Shown here piece by piece: positions 9,757 through 23,489 of a DNA stretch of 64,000 nt (the first letter of the stretch is position 1; each line of letters starts with the position of its first letter). The DNA is from Hyphochytrium catenoides (lineage: Eukaryota > Protista > Hyphochytriomycota), in contig FLMG01001956.1 of NCBI GenBank assembly GCA_900088475.1, positions 62,001 to 126,000 on the forward strand. The letters run 5' to 3'. Below the pieces are notes generated by a model, which worked only from the letters and a program-made list of their open reading frames with translations, ran no database searches and was not told the DNA's origin. A program made the translations under genes and the position numbers.

Positions 9757-11163
9757 TACAGTGTAGTAGAGCTCTAGGGAAACTCGAGTATCAAATAATG
9801 GAAGAAGCAATATGCTGGGGACTCGCCGGTTTGCGAAGGCGGGTGCCTCTTTGCCGGGCTTGCAATAAGGTGCATTCCAGCCTCGATTTGTGCTTCGAAG
9901 TACAGCTGGCTCATCTGTCCGCTCGTGTCATAGCGGCAAAGTCAGGCCAACAGTGGTACCAGGAAGAAACATGCCAACGTGACGTTAACGAGTCCCCTCT
10001 TCAACAGACGTCGCAGAATTCGAACTCAACAGACGTCGCAGTATGACGGCATGGCTCGAACGGTGGAGATTGTCTCCTTGGTGTGCAATTGCAGTACTCC
10101 CTCGAGACTACGGTCAGGGATCCCGCTCCCACTCTCATCTTGCGAACGTGCCATCTCACCAACAGCGCTGCTGGAGTCTCAAGTCACGCTGGGATATCTT
10201 CCATCCATACAAAAGTTGTTAATGAGACTTTCCCTGGGTGGCGTCTTCGGTCGCTGTTTCATCGTTTGTTGGATGGTGAGAAAGATGCAATCACCCATTG
10301 CAACCTGGACTACCTGGACTACGCGAGAACGAGGACAAAGGAAAAGGAAAAGAGGCGATGAGACCGCTAAGCACCAGTAGCAGCATAATGCAGGAGCAGC
10401 AGGAGCTAGCAAGAACCAGAAAGCCAAGGCAGCAAGAGGGAGCGACGATAGTTATAAATAAATAAGAAAGAAGGAAGTTGAAGATAGAAGCTGGGCAATG
10501 TCTCAAGTCGTCGTCACCCTTGCATCCGTGGCGCTTCGCCATTTATTGAACTTCTGTAGTTCCCATAAAGTCGCAAGTACAACGCGAATTGGTAAGTATC
10601 AGGAGAATTGCCGTCCCTCCATGCTTTTGCTCTAGGCCCCTCTCCCTTGAAAAAGCGATGTCCTTGTACTTGTACAGGTTACTCGTGTTACGTACTTGTA
10701 CTTGTACTTGCGACCAACACAGTATAACTCTGAACACAACTACCCACTCAAAATGCACTCTGGACTGGGAGGGCACGGAGAGATTTGTTCCTAGTACAAA
10801 GAGCCCGATTATTACCAAATACTCTGTAGTCGACAGTACTTGTACTTGCTTCTACAGCTCATGACCTCATGACCCGTCTGATTCATCGGTCTAGCGGTAA
10901 ATCGGTAGATCGGCAAACTGCGCTTGAAGACTAGCTATCGGCAATGCTTCCGCAGAAAAGCATTATTTAGAAGGGTGATAATGGGCCCATATCGAGGGTT
11001 TTATGACTTATAACAAGAGCAAATGAGGGCAAGGGAGTTCGTGGATGGTGTCAACATGCGTAGGCCTCCAACCGGCCTGGACAACGACCAATATAGTGCA
11101 CAACAACCCTTGCCACTTTCTTGAGTAGGTATTTCGAAGTAGGGGCAGCCTTCCTTCGGTGCC

Positions 11164-14100
11164 ATGCACTCAGAGCAACGAGCGGAACAGCGGGACTTTG
11201 ACCTGCTCTCAATGCTCCGCAATCACTTCCGAGAAAACTACACCGATGAGATCATCGTCCTCCTCATCGGCGCTGCCACACTTATGTACCTATACCGCAG
11301 CTCGTACAGCAAAGGAAGAAAGCTACCCCTTGTGTCACACCTATTGAGTGGCCGGAAGCTGCCTGGTGAGGTAGGAGTGGCCTTCTTCTCACTCCTTTCG
11401 TCCTTCTCCTAAAGCGTTTTCACTTCTAGAGCTTGTTCCTCGCTAAGGGCACCTTTGAAGGCTACATGTGGAAGAAAGGTCACCAGGTCAAGAGCTGGCG
11501 CAGACGGTGAGACCCAAAATAAGCGAGGAAGATGTGCTCCTGGGTTCGCTCCCGTCTGCTTTTGAGCAGTCTCAGAGCAACGATATATGGTATCTACTCA
11601 CTACTTCCCTTTTCCCTATCGTAATAGGTACTTTATCCTAGACGCGAACAACGTGATGCGCTACTACACGAGTGCGGAAGAAGCACACAGCAATGCTTCT
11701 CCCAAAGGCTCAATGGTGGTCGCCAAGGCTTCACCGTGGGACAAGAAACAGAACGGGCTCGTGCTCTATAGTGATGTGAGAAGGACTTCAAAAAGGCGAA
11801 CTCATCTTTCCCCCGCTGTCCTCTTGCCGTGACCGTATCATTCCTTAGCTTTCCATCGTCTTTTCCGCGCAGCCTGTCTTCAGGTGGCGCTTGTGTCATT
11901 CCCTGTTACTGGTGTTGGGACTACTAGTAGCTTGTCCGACGTGTGCGCTATTCTTTTGCAGGGATTACGTAGTCCTAACAAAGTGCTATCTTTTTACCCT
12001 CCCTCTGAGCAGTTGGGCCAGAGCCTCTATCTGTACTGTGAGAACAAGACCTCGCAGCGAAAGTAAGGATAGCACTAGTAGGGAGATAAGCAGAAAAGTG
12101 GTAGTGGAACGAATAGAGTTAAGGATTATCTGTCGGTCTAGTCTCTTGCTGACAGTCGCCCTTCTATCAAATTGATCAAAGGTGGCTGACTATCTTTGAG
12201 ACACGACAGCGAGAGACCATTCTTGACAATAGGGACGAGGTTGTAGATCTGAGCAAGGATCTAAACCTCACTAAACACAAAATAGATGCGCAGGTGAACG
12301 ACTTTCGTCTTACTCGCTTCTGCTCTTCGGGTGACACCTGTTCCACATTCGCTCTGATGGTTTTTGTCGGTACAGGTGTCTTCTTGTTCTATCGTATCCT
12401 AATTGAGATTGGGAAATGCTGACTACGGACTTGTAGATCCTAAAAGTCAAGATTACGGGCCAGCGAGATAAGCAGCGTGACAAGCAGACATACGTAGTAA
12501 TGAAGGTACAGGGCTGCTTTCTCTTTGTATCCTGTTGCTTGACATCTGACTGCTAATGTTTGACGTCAGTTTAAGTCAGACTTGGACGATTCATTACAAG
12601 AGGGAACGTCCGTCGGACAGTCATCAACGAAGAAAGGCACAGACACATTTGAATGGAACGAGAGCTTTTCTTGGTCCTTCCAGGTCGGGGCACTTGTTTT
12701 CATGCAATATGCACGTCGGCCTGGGGCCTTCCCTTTTACATAAGTAATAGTTTCGCACGCTTCAATAATGACTAACATCTGCTTACCTACGGATTGGCTG
12801 ACTCTAGGATCACGTCAAAGATGATAACAAGGAGAGCTCTGCGGACAGTGATGACAAAGCTGTTGTTGTCCGAGCCCTGCCCGATACGTAAGTGTCATCC
12901 AGGCGTCTCCTTTGCGGTCTGTCACCTTAGCCTCCTTCATTGCTCCTGCTTCTATTTCAGGGTTGCTTTTTACACTTTCGGCGTAATAGTCGTCGTATGA
13001 TGCGCACGCCTCACGCTTTTTCGTATGCACACATCGTCGCGCTTTTTTGTCTAAACATCACCATACAAGTGCTTTGCTATCTTGCCCTATCTTGACTGTG
13101 ACTTCGCCTGGTGACGACGCTCCTGCTTTCAGAATGGTTTGTCAGCTCTGGGAAGTCGCGCTCTTTAAAAACAGAAAGGTTGGGGCTGCCCGGATTGCGT
13201 TGTATGACATGTTTGGGTTCCACGGCATAGAGAAGGCCGACACGACGCTGACCTGCCCTGGTACATGCTTAGCAGATTTTCTCGAGTCGTTCGACCTGAG
13301 TTTCACTCGTTGCTGACCTGAGTTTGATTGACCGAACGTCAACAACTTTATGGAAAACCGAAGCTATGGCGTTTTCTGAACCGATTCTCTTATCTTTAGT
13401 CATGACGAAAGAAGGAGAGCATCTAGGGGTGGTGCAAGTTCAAATACATTATGAAGGAACAAAAGCTACAGGCAAAGAACCCTTCGTTGTCTCAGCGCCT
13501 GCTGATCGAGTGAAGTTGAGGACGGGATTGGTAAGACGGGGTTTGTCTACATCTTGCTTGGACTTCAGAGTAAACGTTTACCTTCACCCTCCCCGACAGG
13601 TACTGGAAGGTGTCAGCAGTGCAAAGGAAGTCTTCGACCTGCTTTGGTGCGTACGCCTGGTCTCGGACCTTCTTTTAACCACTTTCGCCTGCTTGAGCTT
13701 GACAGTCTAGACCGATCACTGCTAAGTATCACCTTCATTCTCTTCGTCAGGTCGGACGAGGCTGGAGTTTTCTGGCAAAAATATTATGACGTCCGCGGTG
13801 ATACTGAGGTGACGGAGCAGAAGTGGGAGAGCTCCTCCAAATATGGCGGGTTAACGCGAGAAGTGGTTTGCAGATCCCCAACAAATGCACCCATAGGCCC
13901 ACCCTCTACAGTCGTGGTAACTTTTTGCAGACTGTTGTTTATGGTGTTTCTCGTATTTGAGACATCCTTTTTGGATCAGCTTCTTGCCTTTAATGACCTC
14001 CGCCCGGAAACATGATATCTTTGAGTTTGACAAGCACTTCTGGTCATAGTCGTTGAACTTTAAATTTCAGTCTTCAGTCAACACGACGGGGACTCGACCT

Positions 14101-15955
14101 TTTATACACAGTCGGCATCCCAGTAACATTCTCTGGACGCATGTTAAATTTGCCCGTCACTTTCGGTTGTTGTGTTGTGTTCAGACAGGCGGTTCTCAGT
14201 GTCTCTGCTTTGCTCTACCCTTTTCATACTGTTTGTTTAGACTATCCAGCAACACGCTGTCCTCAGTGAAGATGGGAAGAGTCTAGTCGTAGAGGTAAAG
14301 ACGGTAAGCAGAACCTGCTTCGTGTGTTGTCCGCCATACTGAGGCGAAGCAGAGCCTTCGATAAAAGTTACATCCTGTTGGCTCCGTACTTCGGTACTCC
14401 ATTCTAACGCTTCCCTCCTTTTTGTTGTTGTTGTTGATCCATTGCAGACCCTTCACGACATACCCTACGGCGACTGCTTCCACGTGAGTGCTGTCCTCTC
14501 CAGAAGTTTTATAGTTCCATGGTTCACTGCACTCTTTAGCCACCCATGCTAGTTTCGGCCCCTTTATACACTTATTTGAGAACTAATGCTGTTTGCCGTC
14601 TCTTTTACCATCTATGATATACCGGAAATGTGTCCACGTTGGCTATATGTGTAGATTGAAGTCATCTACGTTTACTCCACAACTGGAGATAACGTCGTTA
14701 GTGCAGATGTCTTCCTTGCGATACCCTTTTCAAAGGGTTGTCTCTGGAAGGCTAGGATCATTGCCAACACAGAGGCACAGGTAGGTCTATAATATGAACT
14801 CTGCTAGTTCGCAGTTCCTCATTGCATCACAACTGCCGCCAGACAGCACTCGTCTGTTGCTTGATGAGTTTGTTGTAACCTTTGGCCTAGGTGCCAAATA
14901 TCCTTCGTCCGATTCTGCAGAAGTGGTCATTACATCTCCTCTGTTTCGCATAAAGCGGACACTTACTCCTCTACATCATTATTTGTCTGACCTTGCCGCT
15001 CTGTATGCAGTATGGCGAGTCAGTGGACCTTATCTTCTCGTTGGCGAGGTCCCATATCAAGGAAGGGCCCAAAGAAGGTGGCGACGGGAACAGTTCTGGA
15101 TCCACCTCCAATTCTCAACGGATTCCGAAGATCGTGTCTAAAGTTTCCAAGCTCATGGATAGTGATATCGCCATAGAAGAAGTTTTTGAGAATGAGAGGT
15201 CAGCCGGAAGCACTTTAAGCTCTTTTTTAGCTCTTATGTTGAGTTCTGTCGTCCACGATTTCAAGAATACAAGTACCATCGACTGTGGTCGGGCAAGTTT
15301 CACGGGCCTCGTGCTGCATTCTCAGTTCTCATTAGTTTCTTCCTATCATGTCGTCTGAAGGTACAACCTCGTCACTGGTTGGGGCCCGGGACATCTCTTC
15401 CCCACTGATCGTCGTCGGTTCACAAACCGTATGGGGGACAAGGAGGTGGACATGCAGAGCATCAAGCTTCCAGAGAATTGGGTCTGGGAATCAGATTGGA
15501 AGGTGGACACCAAATATACAGACTGCGACGAGCAAGGTAGGAGGCAATGCCCTTATATGAGCCTTCGGCTGCTTGCAGGACTGGTAGATGGAGACCAGGG
15601 GACTATCGTTGCATCAGGGTTAGGGTAGTAGAGTGAGGAAGAACGTGAGCTAGGTGTCGGACTAGGAGAGACGTATCCTTTCTGTCCGTAAAAATGCGGC
15701 GTCCCTCCCCGTGACCAAGAAGGCGGAAGCCGCCAAATTTCCCGTCACTGGAGTTCCTTTGAGCTTACCTTGTGTTTAACATTTGTAGGATGGAGCTATG
15801 CAAGCTCCTTTCCACGATTCAATGAGCATTTGAGAAGAGGCAAGTCTCGTGCCACGAAGGGAATGTCAGTAGTCCGACGAAGGAGGTGGGTCCGAACATT
15901 AATGCGGATGCCAAATGCCAGTGGGACTGAAGGATCCAGTGCCATCTCGGGATAA
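11164..15955 (+). CDS. Multi-exon membrane protein with TM-PH-C2-VASt(StART-like)-DysF architecture
   Basis: N-terminal TM IIVLLIGAATLMYLY; PH FEGYMWKKGHQVKSWRRR|YFIL; C2 ILKVKI..TYVVMK..FEWNESF..VGAARIAL..GVVQVQI; VASt WQKYYDVRGDTEV..TREVVCRSP..LHDIPYGDCF; DysF EVFENER|YNLVTGW..LPENWVWESDWKVD..GWSYA..VRRRRWVR. Some exon limits are approximate. Confidence 0.85.
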
Positions 15956-16258
15956 GAGAGCTACGACGCGGAAGTAATCGGAAGGAGTCGGAGATTTGTG
16001 GATAGTGATAGAGCTAAAGAGAAGAGAGTTCACCAGCGACTATTTTATTTGTTATATATCAACATGACCAAACAAAGATACAGAGTGACCTGCGTGCCAT
16101 TATCGCCCCTCATTTTAGTCAGAATGTACCGCCAACCACTTATACTCCTCTATAACTTGTGGGGGACGTGGATAGCACCAAGAAGTTACCTTAATGGAGC
16201 TCCACACAGGACCACGCCACAGTCGTGCATTTGGGGCCTCATTAGTGAAGGGTCGGAT

Positions 16259-19200
16259 CTAGATCTGGACCTCCTCTTCCTTTTGCTTTTCGGCGAGAGT
16301 GATTAAATCATTCGCTATGACGGTCAACTGTTGCACCTCCGCAGACAGCCGCTGTGAGACAAATCTGTGATCAGTAGCGCAGTTCCTTCATCAGGAGTTC
16401 TTTTTATCTCGTTGAGCCGCCAGTTCATCTTCTCCTCATACCGCCTTTCATCCATCGCTTCTCCGTTGTACGAAACCCATTTGACACTTAGTGCGCCCCT
16501 GGCTTACCTTGATCTCTGCCTCCGCATCTACTAGGCGCACCTTCAGCCCACTGTTCTCGTGCTCCAACCGTAGAGTTCGTTCGGCGTGCTATCATAATTT
16601 TGTTAATCACACAAGGATGAAGGTTGCAAAAGGGGAGCAAGAAAGAATCAAGGACCACTGGGTAGCCCAGACTGACCGGAAGACTGCTAAACGGATCAAG
16701 AAAACATGAGAACAAATAGAGGTATCAAGTGTACCTGGGCCAGAACTCTATCCTTCTCTGTTAGGGCAACGCTTTTCCCTCGCTTCTCTTCCTCCAACAT
16801 TGCCAGCCTTGATGAAAGCTCGGCAGTAAGACATGTCTGGTGCATAGGGGCAAAAAAGGTCAAATGCACTCTCCTTTATGGTTCTGACAGAAGGATAAAA
16901 GCACAAGGTATACAAACAACCGAAGACATGTAGATAGTGTAAGATGGCAGCCAAAGCGACAAATAAGAAACTCCATGCCAAAAGTGAGTGCTGAAACTGC
17001 AGCCGAATAGAGTTGTATTTTGTTCCAACCCAAGGGACAGAGTAGTTGCCGAGCGAAAGCGGCGCAAGAACGATTCCGTTTACTCCGCTCAACTCTTACT
17101 GGACTTTGGTGGTAGTTGTGGGCTCTGCTTTGGGTGATTCTTCCTTTTACATAGAGCTACACTCACCTTCTCTGATAGCTGGACTTTGGTGTTAACGAGC
17201 TCACCCTCCAAGACCCTAATTCTTGGCTCTGAATGGCGTACGCGTTCCCTATGGACGACCTCCTTAAATAAATTCATAAAGGTCCCGTGAACGGAACAAG
17301 TAGAGCTGAAGGTAGGTAGGAGGAAGCCAGAAGGAGAAGACCCTGGAAGATAACAGTATAATCGAAGCTTGCGCACCCTAGGGTTTCCAGCTCCTGAACC
17401 GTCTTCTTGTGCACTTCTTGCAGCGTCGCCAAGTCCTGCTTTAGCGCGTCTACCCCCTGATCAACCGTATAATAATAGATGGTTAGGTATGTTCATCGCC
17501 TCCAATTGCCCCTCCATGAAGATGTTAGGTTTGTTCTCTCTTCTCCGTCCATCCCGATTGCAGCTAGATCTACGCAATCTGACAGTAGCTCGGCTTTCGT
17601 ATCTCTCGCTTTCCTGAGTGTAAAATGCTGACCTCTATCTCTTTCCGAAGCGTCTCATTTTGCGTGGCAAGTTTATCGCACTTCCGCTGTGCCTTGGCTG
17701 CTAATTCTCTGTTCATATCACCCATAGTTTGTTTCAGGCGTGCAAGGTCACTTATGCGCTGCCGATCTTTTGCCTCAACTCGCGCTTGCAGGCTGCTCAC
17801 GGTCTAGGATTAAAAGGAACAGCGGTGAATTAGCGCAAAGACAAAGCCTATGGAGATAGAACAACACAGCAAAGCAAAGAGGGGAGAAGGGACATATCAA
17901 ATACTTTGAACATAAGACGGCTGGATTCCCTTCTCACCTCCGTCAATGCCGCTTCCGCAGTTCTAAGCCTCGTTAATTCCACTGAAAGGCCCTCCATTTC
18001 TGAGCTTCTGGCCTCATTCTCACGTCGATGGAATTGCAGCTCCGTCTCGAGCCTTTCCCTTGTTAGCTTTTCCATGTTCAAGGCAGACTGACGATTGAAT
18101 CAAGACATCTATGAGGGTGATACACTAAGATGGGGGACGATCGGGCAATGAGAGAGAGCTATATACTCCGAATTAATTGCTATGACGAACATGAAGAGGA
18201 CGAGTAGTATAGAGGGCAGGCAGAGAGATAAAGTGACCTGATACTGTGCAGAACTCTCTAATGCTTTCTCGGTCTCTTCTGACTGGGCCCTCAGCCTGTC
18301 CTCTAACACTCGAACCTTCTCCTCATTTGCAACTGTGAAGCGCTCGTATTGACTTACAAGGTCGTCTATGGGAAAAGAGGGCAGCATAGGAATACATCAG
18401 GTCATGGGACCTCCTCCCTGGAGAAGATAAGTTCTGAAGAGCCTGAAAGCCCGGAAGGGGAGGCGAATTAAAAAGTGCATGTCCCAGTCGGTGCGTCCAT
18501 GAGTAAAGGGCATGAAGCGGTGACGACGGGCGAGCTAACGTGGGCCTTCAACTTTCACTCCCACTCACCAAGCTCTTTGAGCAGGACTTGATTTTCCTCT
18601 CTGGTCTTTGCGTTAACTTCCGTGAGGTGGTCGAGCTCCTTCTTCGTGTCGTAGATCTCTATCTTCAGCGTCTGAACTTCCCGCCCGTGCTGCAGCTCCA
18701 GCTCGCGCTTACATAGACAATTAAAACGTTAAGGCCCCTTTCCGCTGTCCATATGGTGCCCGCTATCCTATTGTAGCGAGCCTAATCTGTCTCTAGGTTC
18801 AATCTGTTGCCTTTGACGGTGGAATAGCTCTAGTTTTGCCATTCTAGTTACCTCCTGAAGCTCTGACTCTATGACTAGTATCTAGCCCCCAGCTTCTCCC
18901 GGGTTTCTAGGGACTCTAGGTACCTGTTCCCACCCCACACGGCCACTATAGATACTCTTCATACCACTAACCTCTTATCAATACTCTCCTCGTACTTAGC
19001 TCTTGTCTTCTTCTTTATGTTTCACTCTTTGTGTTGCACCTGTTATGACCCATTACTTCATCTTACCAGTTTCTGCTTGAGCAGCACGTCCACTTCTGCC
19101 TGGGAGTATTTGGGTGCGAACTCCTCCGTCGCATACTTGTTTGCCATGAGCAGCATAGTCTCTCTCCGCTTGGGCTTGTTGCTGTTGCTTCTCTCCTCCT

Positions 19201-19533
19201 CTGCACCAAGTCCCGTAAGAATGGCAAGGAAAGAGACCGACTTGTGACAGGCAAGAGGTGCAAGAGTAACAATGTTCTCGCAAGAGCGCTATGCAAAAGT
19301 TCCAGTTATAACCGGCAAAGCGTAGGAGAAGAGACTCGCACTCAAACGAGAGCGAAAGGAATGAGAAGAAGAAGGAGTGTACCTCTGGACTCGTTAAGCG
19401 ATATGGACGCCAATGGGCTTCGTAGGGAAAGGGGACCAAGGCTGTCTGTCTGGGAAAGTGTCACTTCCTCCACCTCCCTCTCCTCTATTGAGGAAGGAGA
19501 AACCATAGTCTCGTCGTTCAGTTCCGCTGACAT
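16259..19533 (-). CDS. Multi-exon coiled-coil protein, function unknown
   Basis: Start MSAELNDETMVS at 19533; heptad-rich exons (VRVLEDRLRAQSEETEKALE, MEKLTRERLETELQFHRRE, LQARVEAKDRQRISDLARLKQ); last exon RLSAEVQQLTVIANDLITLAEKQKEEEVQI* ends at 16259. Confidence 0.7.
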
Positions 19534-20085
19534 TCTTTCACCTCAAACTCTCTTATAGCTCGTTACTTGCTGGTGGCCAGAAGCACCACTTGAGCTTCTT
19601 AACTTTCTACGGAGCTTTACTATTGCCTCTCGATGAATCTCCCGCAATCCCCAAGCAGCTAGAGGAGCTAGCCCTACTGCAAGCCACAGATATGCCTAGT
19701 AGGAGGTAACCTGGTGCAAGAAGAGTACTCCCAAGCTGTGTGATCAAGCGATGCCGATGTCCGATGTCAGCAATCAGCCGAAGGAGGTCAGATCAGCAGA
19801 GAGAGAGAGACACACACACAGAAAAAGTCAGAGAGAAACAGAAGAGAACAAGAGAGCGTTCAAAAGTTCCGAGCCGTTAGAGGTGGTAACGGCTAGTTGA
19901 AGCACCTGTCTTTCTTGTCTGGATTGTTTGGGTTCTGATGTTTGGGCCTCAGAGATCTTTGGGCCTCAGAAATGATGAGACGGAAGACGTCGCTGCCAGG
20001 ACCGCCGGCAGACCTCCGTCAAGCCCTCGTTCATCACAAGGAGGACGACAGTTAGAAGCTTTGTGCCAGGAAGGCGAAGAGACCC

Positions 20086-23024
20086 ATGGAGTTGGCGTTA
20101 GGGATTGATGTCGGCACCACGGCAGTCAAGGCTCTGATCTGTGGCCTGCCTCCTGCTGGAAACAAGCAGCGGGTGCAGTCTCCGGTCATACTTTCGAGGG
20201 CCAACATCCCTACACATGCATACATTAAGCATGAAGATGGACATAAGCATGGTCGACGGGAGCAGGACGTAGAGAAAATTGTGAAGGCCATGACCACAGC
20301 GATTCTGACGCTGCCCGCCGAACAGCGCAAAGAAGTAAGCCGCTAGTCTTTGCTTCATCCTCACTCAGCTTTTTCTCTTCCTCATTCTCCTTCCTCCCTT
20401 GCACTCTCTCTAGCCGTCTCCCCTCTGCCTCTACCATCCCTTCTCTTCTCTGTCGTGTCCTTGTATTGGATGCATGGCAGCAGCTCTTTTCGGCTACTAT
20501 AACGCCGCGGCGAAAGTGAACGACTTTCTGAAAGCGCTCTCCATCTCATCTACTAGATTGAAAGTATCGGTATCGCAGGGCAGATGCACGGCATCGTTTT
20601 CTGGAAGGCATCTGCTACCTTCTTCACTTCCACGGCGGCCGACGTTCCTTTATCTTTCACAGGCAAGAAAGCCTGTTCACCTCTTATTACCTGGGAGGAC
20701 CAGCGCTGCGACCGAGCCTTTCTGCAGCTTCTTCAGGGAGACACCCCCTATAAGCTTTACTCAGGTACTACCTTTACTCGACCTACCTCTCCCCTGCCAG
20801 ACGTTCCTCGATCTTACCCTGCTGGATGTCTACTGGGACGAATATGATTAGCTCTTAGCCTCTAGCAAGGCTTCCACAGGTTCCTAGGACTGAACTTTCT
20901 TCCGTCTTTCAATCATGACATTCTCTCGGACGCCTTTTGACTATGGACTGGACTAGGATATGGCCTGGCCACATTTGCCCATCTCATTGAGTCCTCGCCT
21001 TCCTTCTACGCACCTTTCGATTGCTGCGGGACCATTCAGGACCTTATTACCTTTCTCCTGATAAATGGAAACAGTCACTCAGATGTCTTTATCGACCGCA
21101 CAGATGCGGCGAGCTGGGGCTTTTTTGACGACAAGAAGGACTGCTGGGATGGAGTGCGGTGAGAAGTCTACTTGTCTAAGCATCTACTTCAGGATTGCGC
21201 TTCCTCAACACCGTTCTGGGTACTTTAGTAAGTGATAGCTCTCTTGTTGGAGGTGCTGCAGTTCTACCGCCTGGAGGTTTCGGGCTTCTCCATAGCGCTC
21301 TTATGATTTCTCAGCTATTCTCAAGACATACTTTGAGCAAGCATTTGCCCTAAGTTAACCATTGTTTCGTTTAGCCTTCACTCTCTCAACATACCTCTGC
21401 ACATTCTTCCGAAGATCTACCCTTCTGGGACTATGGTGGGTAGTTGTGACTCCTTTCTGGCAGCTGCCCTTGGGCTTCCAAGGTCCGCTTCCATTAGTGT
21501 CGCGATGGGGGATCATCCTGCTTCACTGGTGTCTCTTATAGGCTATCGGGAAGAGGAATGGTCGTCTGATGCAGGTATTAGGGCTAAGTACTTCTCATAG
21601 AAGGAGGTTGAAAGAAAAGCTCTAAGAGATCAAGGCTAGGGTGGTCCAGTAAATCTACCCATTTCTGATAGAAACCGTCACTTATGTTTGACCTTTGGCT
21701 CTTGTACTCTCCCCCGTAGCACTCAATATTGGCACCTCTGCTCAGATTGCTGTGGTTCTCCCGCGAGGAAACCTTGATAAGGACTGTCAATCAGAATTGG
21801 ACGCCCTGGTCCGGGAGGGCAAAATAGAGATTCGACCTTTTGTCTATGGAAGAAGGATTGCTGTGGCGGCATCCTTGAACGGGTATGAGAGCAATCTGAC
21901 ACTCCTTCGATTAGTTCTCGCGCTCATTTTCAACATATCTCATTTGGTCTGATACCTCTTTGTGTGTCGTTCTTCTTCGGATTAGAGGAGGATCTATTTT
22001 GCTATAAGGGCTTCTTTGGGTCGTCGAGTCTAACGCTGAAATATCTTAACCTACTTGGTAGGGGCAATGCCGTTGAATTTTTGGTACAGACAATAGAGAG
22101 GTGGCAGAGTGAGCTGAGAAGCATTGGAGAACAAAGTGAGCAGGGAGAATACCAATCAGAACAGAGTTCACGGGAACAGGTCTATCAATTCCTCATCGAC
22201 CAAGCACTTAAGAGTACTGATAAGCACCTGCGGGTTAGACCAACTTTTGCTGGCGAACGTTACAACCCAGACCTGAAGGTATCGAAACGCTGGAAGCTCA
22301 GCCTTTCCTCTTCATGGTCTATTCCGTCTAGGTACTATTCCCTCTCGTTTCGGTCGGCGCCAGAGTGAGCGGCCGCTCTCTGGGTTTGGTTTTGCTTGGT
22401 CAATTATGTCGTACTGCCGCGCTTACTACCTGTCTCCTCCTTCCGATTCCCACCCTTCTTGCTGGGGGCTGTTGAACTCTGTGCCATGATTACCTACGCT
22501 CAACGAGAGCTTTCGCCTCAGGGATCCATAGAGGAGATATGCAATGTGGCACCATTGGGGTTGGGAGACTTGGCCGCGGGAACAATGAAGGGCATCGTGG
22601 AAAACCTTTTTGAGCTCTTCCCTCCAGAGCTTCTAAGAGGCTTAGGGGTCAAGAGGTAGATGTTCCTGGGAGATGTCCTTGTTGGCCTCATGTCTTACAA
22701 TTGCTCAGGCCCTCCTTCAATAGGAGTTCTGTTTTCTTCTTTCGAGTGGCCCTATGGGTGTTCTTTGCTTGGCCGTTTGCGTGGTTCTCCCTCGATACGT
22801 TTGTGTTTCAGCCTTACCCTTTGGTTTTCCGTACTCAGATTTTCTTTCAATCACCATCATCTAGGCTCATTGGTACCGGAAGTGCACTGCGTCGGAACAC
22901 CTTTCTCCAACAGTACTTTAAAAGCCGATGCGATCTACCTCTTAGCATAGGAGAAGAGACAGACGCGGCACTGGGAGTTGCAATCCTCTCCCATGCTTCC
23001 ACCTGTCAATCACTTACCCTATAG
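20086..23024 (+). CDS. SHPK: Sedoheptulokinase (FGGY carbohydrate kinase family)
   Basis: Eight exons with canonical splice sites. LGIDVGTTAVKA, EQDVEKI, GQMHGIVFW, LITWEDQRC, GYGLAT, CGTIQD, AASWGFFD, LNIGTSAQ, VAASLNGGN, PTFAGER, GTGSALRRN and DAALG match SHPK/CARKL. Confidence 0.9.
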
Positions 23025-23489
23025 ACGAGGCCTCTGCGAGATCAGGGCCTCTCGTGAACTATGGTTGGAAAGATTTCCTTCAGAAGCTAGAGGCTTTATG
23101 GCTCTAGCGTCACCGACCGTCTAGCACAGGGCGGGGGCACCCCCAGCTAAGACTTTAACAAAGTCGGTTTCAATTTTCGTCTAGCTTACTGCTACGACAC
23201 CGTTGGCCACGTGAACAGGGGACCCTGCCTATCTTGACTCGCGCACTTCTGAAATAGAGTCTCTTATCACCACACCTCAGGAATGAATCAACTTTGGCCA
23301 TGGGAGAGATAACGCTTTAGCATCGAGTCCTTGTATGGCCCAATTACCATCGCGGTCCCTTGCATATGTAATGGGACTGTTCCCTAAGAAATGGACGTTA
23401 ATTACTTTAATCTAGATACCTTCGATGATACTATACACTCCCTTTTCATAGGAGCGAGGTATTTTGCGCGCTTGGTCGGATCCGCTCGA

